The notes: generated from the letters alone by a model not told the origin. Positions 45,201-60,200 are shown, counted from the first letter of the stretch. The stretch: DNA of 64,000 bases from Candidatus Omnitrophota bacterium (GCA_022710715.1 JAKLGJ010000002.1:234171-298170); one strand, 5' to 3'. Numbers and translations are program-made.

Positions 45201-48200
45201 CAGGCTGGAATATTTATACACTGCCAAAAAAGCCCTGTCCGGGGATTTATACCGGCAATTGCGCAGCGAGCTGGCACCTTACGCCGGCACGCAGGACGAT
45301 GATTCGGTATACGCGCAGCTGCTCGCCGAGCAGTCGGATCCGCAAGCCTTCATCCAGGACCTGCGCAGCAAATTCGTGCATAATCAGATCGACGCCGCTT
45401 CCTATGGCCGGTTGATGCGCGCCGCCGGCAGAGAACCGTTCGTATTCCTGGGCGGCGTAGAGTTGAGCCGGGCCAGTATTGAAGGCATGGCTGAAGCCGG
45501 GTATATTCCGGATGTGGTATTCTGCTATGATCCGGAAAAATGGTCGCATATGGTCGGATTTGCCAGATTCGACGATTTAGCCGAACGTTACGGATTCAAA
45601 CTGATACCTGTAGCTACTATCAACAGTCCTGCTGTAGTCGAATTTATCCGCGATCTGCATCCGAGAGTCATGCTCATCGGCGGCTGGTCGCAGCTGATCA
45701 AGCAGGAGATCATGGATATCCCGCAGTGTTGCATCAATATTCACCCCACCGCTCTGCCGAGAAACCGCGGCCAGGCTCCTTTGCCCAATACCTTCTTCGG
45801 TCTGCAGGATAAGCTTACCGGCACCGGCGCAGTGAGCATGGTGTTTGTGGTTCCCGGAGAGCCGGATTCCGGCCCGATCATCGGCCAGAAATCTTTTGAG
45901 ATCACCGCTGTCGATACCAGCGCCACCATTTATGAAAAGGTTAAACAACTGCATAAAGAGCTGGTTCAGGAGAATATCGCGGACATCCTGAACAATCCTT
46001 TCTCGGTGCGTACCGTCAAACAGAATGAGCGCCAGCGCGTTTTGAGCAAAGCCCGGTATCCTTACGACGGCTTGATTGATTGGTCGCTTTCTGCCAATGA
46101 GATCTATAATTTCATCCGGGGGTTAGGCAAGCCGTATCCCGGCGCATTCACCGGTTACGGAACGAGCAAGCTGTTTATCTGGAAAGTAGCCGCGCCGGTT
46201 GAAGATATCGGAGTTGCGGCCGGACAAGCCGGAGAGATCATCGTAAAAGACGGCGCAGTTTACGTAGCGGTCAAGAACGGTTATCTGCAGTTACAGCAGG
46301 TCAGTTTTGACGATGAAGCGAGAATGTATGAACCGGAAGAGCTTGTTGCCTCCGGTCGCCTCATCTCCGGTGAAATGTTGGACAACAAGCAGGTGATCGA
46401 ATCGGATCTGCTCAATATCGACCTGGAACCTTCAACGACACGGCAGACTCTGGGATTGCGCATGCTCGCCCGGAATGTGGTCAAGGTTGCCGGTCAGGAT
46501 AAGGCTTATGCTCTGCAGACGCTGGATTCCATTCTGGCTAAAGTCAATATTCTGTACGCCAGGGGATTAAGGGGCGGCTTCATTCTCTTCCCGGATATCG
46601 CGCAGAGTTACATGCTCCTGGGCCAGGAGAAATTGGCCCGGGATCGTCTGGAAAAGACCCTGGATACTCTTGGTACAGAATATCTCGCGGCCAGACAGGA
46701 AAAGATCGAAAGCCTGCCGCAGATCCGGGAATGGGTATATCTTGCCCAGGCCTACAGCTATTTCGCGCCGCAGAAAGCCGCGACCATACTCCTGTACGCG
46801 GTGAAAGAATTACGCTGGATCAAATGGTTCTCTTACGAAAAATATGAAGATCTGGCCCAGGATGCGTTCGCTTTCGCGCAGGCCATCACCGAAGGCGCGG
46901 AACGGCTGAATCCGAATCAAGCCAGGACCGTGCTCGCTGCGCTGGAAGAAATCCCTGCCGAATCTCTGTTTGCCCACCGGCAGCATGTCCGCTTCTTCAG
47001 AACCATAATTTTTAAAGGCTACATTCACGCCGGGCTGGAAAAAGAAGCGCAAGCTCTGCAGGAACGCAATCGGCATATGTCGCTGGCGGAAGACCGTGTC
47101 GCCTTGATGCCCGTCATGCCCGAAGGATTGAGCATGGAGGAGATCGAAGAATTTGTAGACTCATTCCCGTTCGGCCGGACGCCTGCCGGTTTCATTGCTG
47201 TGATGCTGGGTCTTCTGGCCACATCGGTGATCGCGGGCTTGCTCGTAGGGACTTATTATCCCGCAGCCTGGCCGGTGCTGATAGCCGTTATTCTGGGTTC
47301 GATCTATCTGACGAAATATTTAGACAAAGCGGTGCTTTTTGTCCAGGATTTTATCCGCGACCATAAATTCCACTCCTACGAAGACTCTATCGCGGATGTT
47401 TTTGGCGCACCGACCGGCAATGACGGCGGGAGAGCCGTTCAGGCGATCTTGAAGAAAGCGCAGTCCATCGGCTATGTCCTGCTCGAGAAACTCGAACAGT
47501 GGCTTTTCGGCGCGGTGGTCAGGACCGAGGGGAGCATCACCTATCTGAATACGAACGACGCGGCAGTAAGCCTCTTCGAGCCGGTAATGACCGAAGGCGG
47601 CGCCATCGCAGCCCTCATCTCGCATTTTGCCGGGCAATTGTCCGGATTGAGCAAGTTCACACCGTTGACCCAGGATACCAGCCTGCCCTTCCAGGTAGCC
47701 ATCAATAAGGGCAAGAAGGGAGATAAAGGAAAATTCGTGCATTACCACACTCCTGCGCCGGGTCAGATCGCGCCGCGTCAGGAAATTCTCATTGTGCTCG
47801 ACGGCCAGATCAAAGGTCTGGTATACGATCTCAACGGCAAGTTCATCAAAGAAACCATAGTCGATCAGGGCGAAGCCATCCAGTTTATCCAGGCGCATAA
47901 CATCGAATTCCTGGAAGATTCGACCATACTGGAGATCAAGCAGGGGCCGTTCCCCGGTCCGGATAAGGACAAAGTGGTGTTTGATGCTCCGGATGGCGGC
48001 AGGTCGGCGGACTATCTTTGGACCCTGAAATGGCTGGAGCCGGGAAAAACGCTTAAAGTCAGCGCCAGGGCGTACCGCGATGATCTGCTGGCGGCCAGCG
48101 GCGACGTAACTATCGACAGCGCCGGCGCGCGGGTGTACAGTTGCTGGCTGGAATATTTTTCGGACGATCATGGCGCTGACTTGATCAGAACCCTTTTCCG

Positions 48201-51200
48201 GGGCGCCGCCGGACTGGGTAGAAACTTCGGTCTCAATCCCGAATGGGCGTTTGTGTATGCGCAGTCCCAGGAGCTGGAGGATTTCAGCGATCTGGATACG
48301 ATCAATGCGGTGATGCGTCATATGGGATTCGTTGCGGACAGCAATCACGTGGCGCGCGAGCAGATGCGCAACCCCAATCTGGATCGGTTGATCGCGCTTT
48401 CCAGCGCGGAGTTTTCATGTCTGCTGGGCTATGCTTACTGGTTCAGTCCTCTGTCCGCTTTCGCGCAGGAAAGCCCGGCGTATACGTTCGACGCAGACGG
48501 CGGGGCATCGTTCATCCTTTCGTTCGACGAGCCCGGCGCGCGGGATGTGGCTCTGGTCGGCGGCAAAGGCGCAAGTCTCTCCGAACTGGCCACCATTCCC
48601 GGAACCAGGGTGCCGGAAGGATTCGATCTGACGGTGAAAGCTTACGACCGTTTCATTCACCGCAACAATATTTCTCCGCTCATAGCGCGACTGGATATTC
48701 TTTCCGAACGGTGGATTGCGGCTTCGCTCAACGGCGATGTCCAGCTGGCGGAAGAGCTGGAGAAAGAAGTCTTCGCGCAATCGCTGGTAATAAGGGAAGC
48801 GATGCTTGCCGGGGTCATTCCCGCAGACGTGCGCAGGGAATTGGAAGAGGCGTATGTCCGGATGGGCGAAGGTTCGGTGGCCATCCGCAGCTCCGCTACC
48901 GCCGAAGACCTGCCCAACGCTTCTTTCGCCGGCAGACAGGAGACGTTCCTGAATATCAGAGGCAAAGACAACGTGGTGGAAAAAGCCAGAGAATGCATGG
49001 CCTCGCTGTTCGGCGACCGCGCCGTGTATTACCGCAATAACGATTTGAGCCTGGAGGCGATCAAAGAAGCGCGCAAGGCCGGAAAGCCTCTGGATGATGC
49101 TCTGATGGAATCCGGAATTTTGCGCCACAGTTCGGTCAAGCTGGCAGTGGTGGTTCTGCGCATGATCTATCCGTATGGCGCCGGCGTCGGGTTCAATGTG
49201 GATGTCCGTAACGGCGAGGAGGCTATTCTTATCGAAGGCAATTACGGGCTGGGAGAATCGGTGGTCAAAGGCATAGTCGAGCCTGATCTGTGGGTGCTGG
49301 ATAAAGAGGGCGCAGAGATCATTGAAAAGAAGATGGGCACCAAGACGCTGAAGATCATTTTCAGCGATCAAGGGACCGTCGAGGTCGAAGTCCCGGCTGA
49401 AGACAGAAACAGGCTCTTCCTGGATGACGCCACAGTCAAAGCCCTTGCCGCGCAGATCCGGGTTATCGGAGAGCATTACCGGTCCGCGCACGGGTATAAG
49501 TTCATGGATATCGAGTTCGTCATCGATGCGGACGGGACGATCTATTTCGTCCAGGCCCGGCCTGAAACGGTGTGGTCGAACCAGGAACTGGTCAGCCGCG
49601 GGATTCCCGTGGAAGTCGCCCGAAAAGCGAAAATCATTTTTGAAGGCGGCACTGCCGGCTTCCCGGGCGTGGTCAGCGGCACGCTGCGCATCTGCTCGAC
49701 TCTGGAAGAAGCCAGAGAAAAAGTCAAAGCCGGCGACATCCTGGCGGCCAAGGTGACCGATCCCGAATGGAACATCGTCATGTCGAAAATAGTCGGCGTG
49801 ATGGTGGACATGGGCGGGATCACCAGCCATACCGCGATCGTCAGCCGCGAAGCAAAAATCCCGAGCCTGGTGGCTACCGGCGACGCTACAGTCATGCTTG
49901 CAGGCCTGGAAGGGCAAGTCGTTACGCTTGACGCCAATAACCGGGTGGTATATCTGGGCGGCCTGGAAATAGTCGAAGGCCCGCTGGCCGAGTTCGCCCG
50001 CGACGACATTCAGCGCCGCGAGCGGGAGATCCGGACCAACGTGGTGCACAAGGAGAACGCCGAAGGCAAATGGATCGGTAAGCCGGAATATCCGCTCTCC
50101 GGCTGGCAGCTCTATTGCTACCTGCAGGCGATCAAGCTGATAGAAAAAGAATTCGATTTCGCGTTCCCGTCATTACACGTCGATCAGGGGATCATTTATA
50201 TCAAGGAAGAGGAGATCAATACCCGGTTTAACGCGCACCTCAAGAGCCTGGGCATCGATCGGCTGGAGCAGGTGCTTGCCGACCGCAAGGAAACGCTGCG
50301 CCGGTTCCTGGAGCTGGTCGATGTGCTTACGCTCACCCCCGCACAGTTCGAAGAACTCACGCAACTGTATATCCGGCTGATCATGCATTTCCATATCCGC
50401 TGGGGATTCGGCGCCGTGGTCATGGAATCTTTGCAGAGAGAACAGGTGCAGCAGTTGCCCGCCCAGTTGCAATCGGAGATCATGCAGTATTTTCATCCGT
50501 TCGAATTCAGCGAGACCAAGAAGATGGGATGGGATTTCAATGCTCTGGCCGCCGAATCCAGGGAGTTTGCCGGGCTGTTCCAGGGTAGCGTGGAAGAAAC
50601 GATCGCGGCTTTACAGCGGCAGGCTCCTGCGCTCTGGAAAAAGATCGTCCGTCACGCCAGCCAATACAAGTACGACAGCGACGATATCCGTCTGCCGGTC
50701 CCGGTGCTTAAAGTGGTCAAGAACCTGCAGGATAGAGTGCAGTCGCCGGAAGCCGCTGCCGCGGCAACGCCTGTTGCCGAAACCAACGGCGCGGAAGCTC
50801 CGGAAGCGCTCTTAAGGGAAGTCAGAAAACACGTTCGGGATTTCGACCTGTTCGTCCGCGTGCTGCAGTTGACTCACGAGCAGGCCATGCAGAAAGAGAA
50901 CGAGCATCATTTCCAGGTGAGAAAGCAATGGATCATCAGAGAGCTTTTCCTGGATTTCGGCCGGATGCTGGCCGAGCGGGGCGTGCTGGCGCAGGCGGAA
51001 GATATCTTCGACACAAACGCCGCGGATATGCTGCGGTACGTCGAAGAATACGCGCCTGCGGGATTGGATCAGACGGACGGCGGAAAACGTCAGGAAGCGG
51101 AAGCCGTTTTCCGGAAAGCGGACCGGAGCTGGAATGCGCAAGATTTCGCGGCAGCGCAAGTCCTCTACGAAGCGGCGCGCCGGCTATACGCGGAATTGAA

Positions 51201-54200
51201 CGATCAGGACAACGTGAAGCTGTCGGCGATGAGAGCGCAGGTGGCAGGCCGGGCAGTAGAAGAGCGCCGGAGCCTGGCGGACGTGTATTCTCCGGACGGC
51301 AGCTCCATAGTCGGACAGGTGACTAAGGAACAGGTGCATTTGCGGGGCGAACCGCATGCGACTTATGGCTTGCAGGTGATCACTCCTCTGGGCCGCGCGC
51401 TGTTCCAGATCAGGGATAGGGAAAAGAACAACTTTGCCGGCGCCGCCACTTTGACTTTGTGCGGGCATACGCAACCCGGCGAGAGCGCTCTGGCCGCTTT
51501 GGCCAGGGATCTCAAGAAGAACCTCGGGCTCGATCGTTTCGATCCGGTCCGCCTGACCAAGTTCGTCCTGGTCCCCGGCCAGGAATACGACCTCTACGGC
51601 TATCTGGAGATGTACACTTTCATCGCTCTGAACGCAGAGCAGGACAACGCGCTCATCGAGCTCGCCGCAGATACAATGGCTTCCGGTCGGCGCAACGGCA
51701 ACAAGCCGCTGGATCAGGTCATGGCGGTGTATCAGCCCGGCTGGCATACGCTGTCGGTTTATATCTTCCGGGAAAACAGCCGGGAAGCGCTTGAGCGCGC
51801 GGTGCGCCGGATCAGTGCGCTGACGGGTATCGGTCATACCGACCATGTGGTCAACCGGGAATGGAAAGCTATCTATCAGTATGCGATGAGCGGCGAGGAG
51901 TTATCCCGCGTATTGAATTCGGCGAACGGCGCGCAGTTTGCCCAGCGCGACCTGGAAGAAACGATCACTGATTTTAACGCCAACCCGGAGAATTATACCG
52001 ATACGTTTGTTCCCCTGTTTACCGATCCCCGGTTAGCTGGGCAGTTCAAAGAAGGTCTGGTTGTCCTTTCCGACGGCGGAGATACGGACGCTTTGCTGCC
52101 GGAAGACGAAATGTCCGAAGCGCGAGTTGAGCTGGGCAGGGACCGGTATGATCATGACCTGTATTATTTCGCCAAAAAGGGTATGTATGGACGGATCCCG
52201 CTTATCGATTTGTTGCTCGATGAGCGGATCAACGATCTGTCATTCACCTGGGACGGCGATCTGCGGCTGGGAGACCGGCAGTTCTTCTTCGCGAACGAAG
52301 CGACGCCTATCGAGAGCTTCGCCAGGGGATATCTGTCCCGGCACTCTGCCATCGTTTCCTTCAACAATCTCGGCTTCTTGAGGGAATACGCCGCCTGGAA
52401 AAGAGGCGTGCTCTACCGGAATCCGCAATCCGTCAGCCGGCAGTATTACGGCCTGGTGCACTGGAAAGAACGGTACCGCGAAAACATGTTCGAACCGTTG
52501 ACCGGGGAGCTGATTTCGTTCGAAGGCGACCGGGTGATCCGCGAAGAGGAAGATATCAGCGACGAAGTCGATTTCGCCATCTGTCCCTGTCCGATCGTGA
52601 TCAACGGCAAGCCCGTTCCGCTTACCGCGCTGGCCGACTGGTTTACCGATCTGCGTCACGCATTCATTCTTCCCAACGTGCAGGCGCCCGAGAGCGCGGC
52701 GCAGGCAGCCGGACAACAGAGCGCTTTCCGCCAGGAAATGCTGCTGGGCAGATGGGAATTGTCCAATGATCGCCGCATGCTGGAACAGGCGTTGCTGGGT
52801 ATGCCGGTGAGCTTCGACCTCTCCGCATATCTCGAAGTCAGCGGCGCAGCGTATATCCAGTCGCAACTCCGGAAGTTTGCGTACAAACCGGCTGCCGGCA
52901 TTCCGGCCCGTCGCGGTCAGTACCGCATCGACGGCAATGAAATCTCCATCAACTTCAGGGAGAGCAGATTCCCTCATCAGGTTATCGGCCTGCAGGACCG
53001 TCAGCCGGCGTTCTATTCCTTCCTGGGCGTAAGTTCCCTGTATAAGGGGCCGACGTTCAAAGAAATGCAGAAGATACTTATTGCTGATCGCGTGAGCGAC
53101 GCATTTATCCTGGTCAACGGCCGGGACGTTTTCATCAAGCAGGGCAGCGGTCCGGTGTTCGATGCCCGGTATTTAAGCGAAAGACTGCGCATCAAGCCTT
53201 CGTATGCGGACGATATCAAGAGCCACCGCGACGAAATCATGGCTGCCATCGTGCTGGTAGACGGAGGGACGTTCGCGCAGGCGATGATAAGGAAGGCCCA
53301 GTCGATCGGGTATATTATTCTGGAAAGACTCGAGGAAATGCTCTTCGGCGCGGTGGTGATGACCATGGGTAAGGTGTCGTATGTCATGCTCAAGGGCGGG
53401 GTATGGGGAGGGTTGGATCCGCTTACGCGCGAACAGATCAAGCAGCGGCTGACCGGCACCTATGCGGTTTTCGAAGGCGAAGTCAAGCATGAGACCATTA
53501 ACGACGTCATCGAACGCTGGGGCCATACTTCGTTTACCTATACGCTCACGGCAATGGAAGAATCTGGCGAATTCGATCAGGATGATGTTGAATGGGGCAG
53601 AATGCTCGTTGCCCAGCGTGACGGAGAGGGTTTTGCCGCCTGGTTCAAGGAGATGAGAGCCCGGTATCCGCATAATGCCATTCTGCGGGAGTTCGATCTC
53701 TGGCTGCAATACAGCCTGAAAGGATCGCAGAACCTTATGCTCATCCGTACGGCTTCCCGCCGGGACGTGTTGAAGGCCTTCGGGCTGGATGTCAAACAGG
53801 CACAGTCCCTGCTCAAAGGCAGGAATCCGTTTGAGGTTGATGAGCAGGATTTCGTCAAGGCGATTGTGGTCGGCGCAACCGATGTGAGCGCGGCGCATGA
53901 AGGCAGCTTGCGCAATGCGGTGTTGAAACGTTATCAGATCCCGGGGAGCCTGGCGGACTTTGCGGCTATCGCGATCGCCAACGGCGTTGCCCGGGATAAA
54001 GTAAGCAAGCTCTTTAACGCCGTGCATTGCGCGGCTGCCGGCGAAGAGCTGGTCATCGAATTCGGCCTGATGAAGGAAACCGAGGCCGGGTACTTTGCCG
54101 ATCAGTTAGTTCGGGCTGCCCGTCAGAACGAGGATTTAGACGGCGGCGATCGTTATCCGACCAGCCAGGGAAGAGACCGTCACATCCATCTGGAAGGTTC

Positions 54201-57200
54201 GATATCGTCTCGAGCAGTCAGACAGATAGCGCAGTTGATCGAGGCGCGGGCCACGGAAGAACAAAAGGCGGATTTCTGGCAGTGGATGCTTTATCACGAG
54301 CCTTACGGCGCGAAGGTGCACAGATTTAACGATATTAATACCGTTGAACAGGCCAAAGATCTTTTGCTGTCCGGCGATATCAATAGACTGAAGGATTATA
54401 TCGAGTATTCGGAAGGCATAGCCAATCATTCCAGCCGGGGAATAAAAACAAAGTTCGACAGCTTTATGCACCGTTTTTACGGTATACGCGCCGTTCTGTT
54501 CAGAACCGGCGCTCCGAGATTTGACCCCGAGCTCCAGGCGAAGATCTGCGAGATCGCGATGAATGATGTAGCGCAAGAAGCTCGAAATCAGGGTATCGTA
54601 GAGCTTGATTTGAGGGTGAAACTGGATACGACCAATAAGTCTCTGGCGGACGAACGGTGTATGGAATTCGTGAATGCCGTGATCGCTGCGGCTGAACAGG
54701 CCGAAGCGCAGTACGGGGTTAAGATCAACCTGGTCATTCCTTTCCGCCGCGACCTGATCGCCCAGGCTCTTGATCAGGGCTATACCGCCGATACCATGGA
54801 GCAGTGGATCGAAGAACGCTGGATCGCGCCGCTCAAGACGCTGGATGCCGTAAAGCTGTCCAGATTCACCGGTATCGACCTGGTGGGCAATGAACTGGGT
54901 AATAAGCCGCAGATCGAAGCGTCCGTAGCGCATTTCGATACCATGGCGGAGAAATTGAGCGTCGTGACCGGCAATCAGATCGAAATCCACGCTCATGCCG
55001 GGGAGAATTTCGATCACGACTGGGACTGGGGCATCCGCAGCATCGAAAATCTGGTGTATGGTTTGAATCACCTCAAATATATCGTGCATGGCGCGGCGCT
55101 GGCCAATGCCGATGAAGCGCGTTTCAACAGGATCTGCTGCGTCATGAAAGAGAAGGGCGTGGAAGTGCTGATCAGCATCAGCTCGAATTTGCACACCGGC
55201 GCGCTCGAGGATATGCGTCAGCATCCCGCTCCCCGGTTGCGCGACGCCGGAGTCAAAGTCATCGCCACCACCGATGATCCCGCTTCTTCCGGCATGATCA
55301 CTCTCGCCGGAGAGGAAGCTCTCCTCCGGGAGCTTTACCGCAATGACGGCGGCAAAGATGAGCTCCTGAATGAGGAGGCTGCGCGCGGGTATATTGACAA
55401 TGGCTGGCCGTTTAATTTTAAAGAAACCCTGAAACAGGCTTATCGCCAGGAATGGGAGAAAACCATGCGCACGGCTGCCGGCGATATCGCGGCAGGAACG
55501 TTGAATAAAAACAACTGGTTCAATCCCGCCATCAACCCGAACCAGGAATTCGTCACTTTTGTCATTCATCCGGACCGGGAAACCGCCCGCACCATTCACG
55601 ACGTGACCAGAAGCCTCGAAGATCTTATGCCCGAGGTTGCGCCGTCAGAGTTGCGCAGCGCCGGCATAGATGATCTGCCTGCGATGTCCGCGTGGTATCA
55701 GGCGCCGAATACGTATCATACTACCGTCTTTGCCGTCAAAGGTTTTCTGCCCCGGAAGCAAGCCGTCGAATTGTACCGATCGGTGATGTCAAGAGAGAAT
55801 CAAATCAGCCGGGCGTTGGCGAAGATACCGTCATTTGAAGTCTTTATGGAAGGGTTGATGATGACGTCTAACGGGACCTTGTTCGCCAAAGGTATTATCA
55901 CCAGCGGTAACTTCTTCCATGTCAAGAAGCTGCTTAAGGAAATCAGCTCTGAAGCGGATCCGGTATTTGCCAGACAGCCCACGCTGCTGTTTGCGCATAT
56001 GAGCCTGGCCAGGATCGTGGGAAAACTTGATCCCGCGGCCTTCGAAGCTCTTAAGGAAGAGATCAGCCAGCGGCAATATCTTAAGATGGGTTCATTTACG
56101 GTCAGCGCGGTGCGCTTCGCACACACCAACTCATACATGGACTGGGCGGACAGCGACTACACACTATTCGACCTCAACGACGGCGGATTAGTTGAAGAGA
56201 TCACCAGCGATGACCAGAAGCTGGCAGCCGTCCTCTACCATATCGCCGGGCAGCTCTCTATCGAGAAATTCAAGGGTTTGACCCCGGACGAAACCCTGTC
56301 TATGCAGGTGGGGATCAACCGGGGTAAGGCAGGGACATCCGGCCCGATGATGCATTATCTTTCGCCCAGGGCCGGGGAAGATAAACCCAGAGAGATAATT
56401 ATCTACGTGCTGGAAGGCGCGATCGAAGCCGTGGAGCTTGACCGTGCGACTTTGCAGGAGAAGACCCAGGTGATCCAAGCCGGGGAATTAGTGCAGTTTA
56501 TCGGACCGCATACCATTCGTTTCCTGGAAGATTCTCTCTTGCTTGAAATCAAGGAAGGGCCGTATCCCGGACCCAGGAAAGACAAGGTTCTGGTATCGGT
56601 TATTCCCGACAGCAAGGTGATCGCGGAGATCGTTGACGCCACGGGCGAAGTGAATGATCTGCTGGCGGGTTTGTCGGCCGCGGTCAAAGCGCTCGATGAT
56701 AACAACGATTTCATCAAAAAGCTCAATATCGCGTTGCGCATTGTGGATAGCGAGAAATTACCGGTCGCATTTACCATTAAGGTCCAGGAAAATGTCGGTT
56801 TGCTGGGCGCGGTGGGAGAGGATAAGAAATCGGTTTTGATCGATTCGAGTATGCTGGCCAGAGGCCCCCCGCAACTCGCCGCTTTTGTCCTCCTGCTTAA
56901 TGCGTACTCCATGGCCTATCCGGAGCAACTCGAGGCCGTGAAAAGAATCGTTCTGCGCGCCCTTTTCAGAGAGCATGTCTATAATCCCGAACCCGCTCAA
57001 AGCATTCTCACCAGAATGCTGGAGCAGGCTTCGCTTCCCGCGGACTGGCTTGATTCCCTGCGCGAGTTGCAGTCGGTGATCGACATGCGTCTTCCTTCCA
57101 TCCTGAACAATCCAGCCGCATATACAAAGCTCTACGACTACCTTACCTATATGGCGGTTATTGCCTATGACCCGGCGCAGGGCCTGGGAACCAAATCCTA

Positions 57201-60200
57201 TTTCGGCGGCCTGATCAAAGCGGTATATTCGCGCGTGCGCGCTGATCGTCCCGGCGCCGCCTTTACCTATAATTATCCGGCCACGCAGGATATTAAGAAT
57301 CCGGCAACGGGAGCAGATCTTCTCGCCGCGCGGGCCACGCATCCCGCAGCCGACAAATTCTGCGAGCTCTGTAACAACGTCGCCATCAGGATCGAAGAAC
57401 TGGCTTTGATGGCGTTCATCCCGGCCGTTCATCGGATCTGGCGGTTGCGTCCCAATCAATTCCCCATTTATCGTAATCATGTGTTGCTTGTTGCTCTGGA
57501 TGACGACGGCGAGCTGGCGATAGACGGCCAGCGGATGACCGCGGAATACCTGGAAGACCTGATCTATATCAGCAAGAACTATCCGCTGCTGAAGATGTTC
57601 TTCAACGGCTACGGCGCAGGCGGGACCCAGCCGCATTTCCACGCCCAGGGATTGTTCGAGCATCAGCTGGGCTTCGAGACCCAGCCGCGTGAATTTGTCG
57701 GTACGTTCGACGGAGTGAAAGTTTCCCGCATCCGGGAGTATCCTGCGGTGGTCCTGGTCCTGGAAAGCTCAAACCGCAAAGCCCTGGCGCAAACCGCCTA
57801 CGGATTCGTCGAGTATCTTAACGCGCAATCCAATCCGCACAATATCTTCTTCATCAACGGCGCAGTCTATCTCTTCCCCAGAGAATGGGAGATCCCGCCG
57901 CAGCATTTCCCCAGAGTCCGGTTCGGCTCGCTGGAAATGGGAGGCGAGATGATCCTGTCTTTCTGGGTGGATTACCTGAATATCAGCCAGGCAATGAAAA
58001 CCATGGTGCTGCAGGTGCTGGATAAGGTCAAGAATACAGCTGCATTGAAGCAGGACCCGCAGCAGCCCACCAGAGGAACTATCGATGAGGTATTGGCTGC
58101 AGCCGGCGTTGAAGAACGCGATGAGGTTGAGCAGATTTTTGCGGACATCAAGGCCCGCGGCGTGGATATTATCAAACCGGCAACACTGGAGCCGCTGGGC
58201 GATCTGATCGATCCGAACCTCGGCCAGAACATCCTCGACGCCATCAAGTACGTTACCATGACCGAGGAGCATTACGCGCAGATGATCGCCTGGGCCGGCG
58301 AAACGTTTAACGACGGCGGATACGTGTTCGCTCTTAACGGCGAGCATGGCGCGGGCAAAAGTACGCTGGCCAAAAAGCTGGTCGAGCTTACCGGCCTGGT
58401 GAAGTTCAGCGGCGGCGCGATGATGCGCCAGTTCGCCGCGCAGCGCGGCATGAGCCTTACCGAGTATACCGATACCTACCTGCTTTTGCCGGAGAATGTG
58501 CAGGAGAATGACAAAGTCAACGCCGCTATCGACGAAACGCAGGAGAAAGCTATTCTGGACGGCGATATCATCACCGAAAGCAGCCTGGGCGTTTATTTCG
58601 CCGGCAAGCACAAAGAAACGCTGTCTGGCCGGGGGATCAAAGTGGTCCGGGTGCTGCTGGTTGCGGATTCCCGCGCGCGGGCCGAGCGTTCGGTCAACGG
58701 CATCATGAATGGGACGCGTTCAAACGACCGACTGATGACTGTGAATGAAAAAGAAACGGAATTGATCGGCAGGGATATGTTCGATCAAAAGAAATTCCTG
58801 GGCATGACTAACGGCGAATTCGATATCTTCGAAATCCTGAATTACGAGATAGTTTTGAACGTCAGCGATACAACGCTGGAAGACGTTCCTGCGATGGCGC
58901 GGGCAGTGCTTGCCTTCGCCGGTTACCGGCAGGACGGCGGTACAATGAGGATCGCTAGAGAGAATGTTTCGACAAAAATAGTTATGGCGCGGGCTCCGGG
59001 TACATCTACCGTGGCAGGTGAGGATTCGGGGTCCGCGCTTTTCCATACTGACGGCGGCGAGATTGATCATCTGGTTGGTTCTATTGAGCAGAATGTGGAT
59101 TCCGGGTTAGGAGAGATTTTATATGGTAAAAATTGGCGGAAAGCCCTGGTAGCTTTTACTGATGCGCTGAATCAAGCTCAGCGTTTGTTGCAATCTGCCG
59201 AAGAGGAGAGTTATTCCGATCTCATCAAGCAGTATTATGCGAAAAACAGGTTTTTAACCGGCCGTGCTTTTTCCGGCAATACGAAAGAAGCCGTGCGACA
59301 GTTAATTACTCTCATTCGCAAAAAACGTCTTGAGGTCCTGGGAAATCTTTTGCTTCAAGAGGCTTTAAATAATCGGTATTTCCATCGGCCTGTTTATCTG
59401 GGCAAAGACGACTTGACTCTTATTCCATACGTGCATCAATTATATACGAGGTTGAATGAAGCGGAAATCCGCGACATTATAGCCGCGGCATTGTGGAAGA
59501 TGGGCGAGGAGACGCCGGCCGGACGAGCTTTAAAACAGACGGTAATAGATGAAACTGGAACGGAAGCAATAAAAGCCAGCATTAGAGATGCCCTCGGGTT
59601 TGTTAATAGGGAAGTGGGGATTGAAGGATATGAAATGCCCGGCGTTGATTACTATACGGCGCAATTAAGCAGAATAACATTTGAGAGAGATGATCCGCTG
59701 ATGGAAAAAATGAACGAGATAACCAGGGCCTTCTTGCAGGAATATCCTCAGACTGCCACTATAATCGATATGGGTGTGTGTGACGCAAGCTCTACGCTTG
59801 GTTTGGCAATGATGCTTGAGGGGAAGAATAAAGTGGTCGGGACCGATCTTTTGCTGAATTTCTATATTCTGAGTGACGGAGAATTCAAGTATGTTTTTGA
59901 TGCGTTCGGAAATCTTATGCAGATGCGGGCCGACTATATCCGGGCGGTGAAGCTGGGCCATTGGTTAGTGAAAGGCCGGGACAGCGTTTATGATTATGTG
60001 GAGTGGATTAAGTTCTCCCGCGAGTACGAAAAAGAAATATACCTGGATAGCAGCAATAGAGTAGAGACCGAAGTGGAGTACCGGGATTATCCATTATCCC
60101 GGGGCATTCAAGATGGGGAGGAAATTGAAATTTTCTCCGGTTTCGCCCGACTTGAAAGCATAGAGCGCTTATTCAGGAAGATGTATCTGGAAATGCTGCG

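Noticed and set aside
48243-49040. 265-aa + strand ORF in frame 0 (Arg/Gly-rich).
   Set aside because: Off-frame (+2) read of the PPDK_N-like domain, which is clearly encoded in frame 1.
48415-50049. 544-aa minus-strand ORF; also 61333..62835 (-), 11548..12603 (-), 57769..58611 (-), 56758..57663 (-), 54136..55599 (-).
   Set aside because: All lie antisense to recognisable frame-1 domains (PEP-utilizing, PGI, etc.) and translate to Arg/Gly/His-rich junk.
39650-56330. DGG motifs as EF-hand/dockerin Ca-binding loops, or the post-DGG modules as inteins.
   Set aside because: EF-loop positions 8 (hydrophobic) and 12 (Glu) are not satisfied. No intein blocks (Cys/Ser at +1, TxxH, terminal HN).
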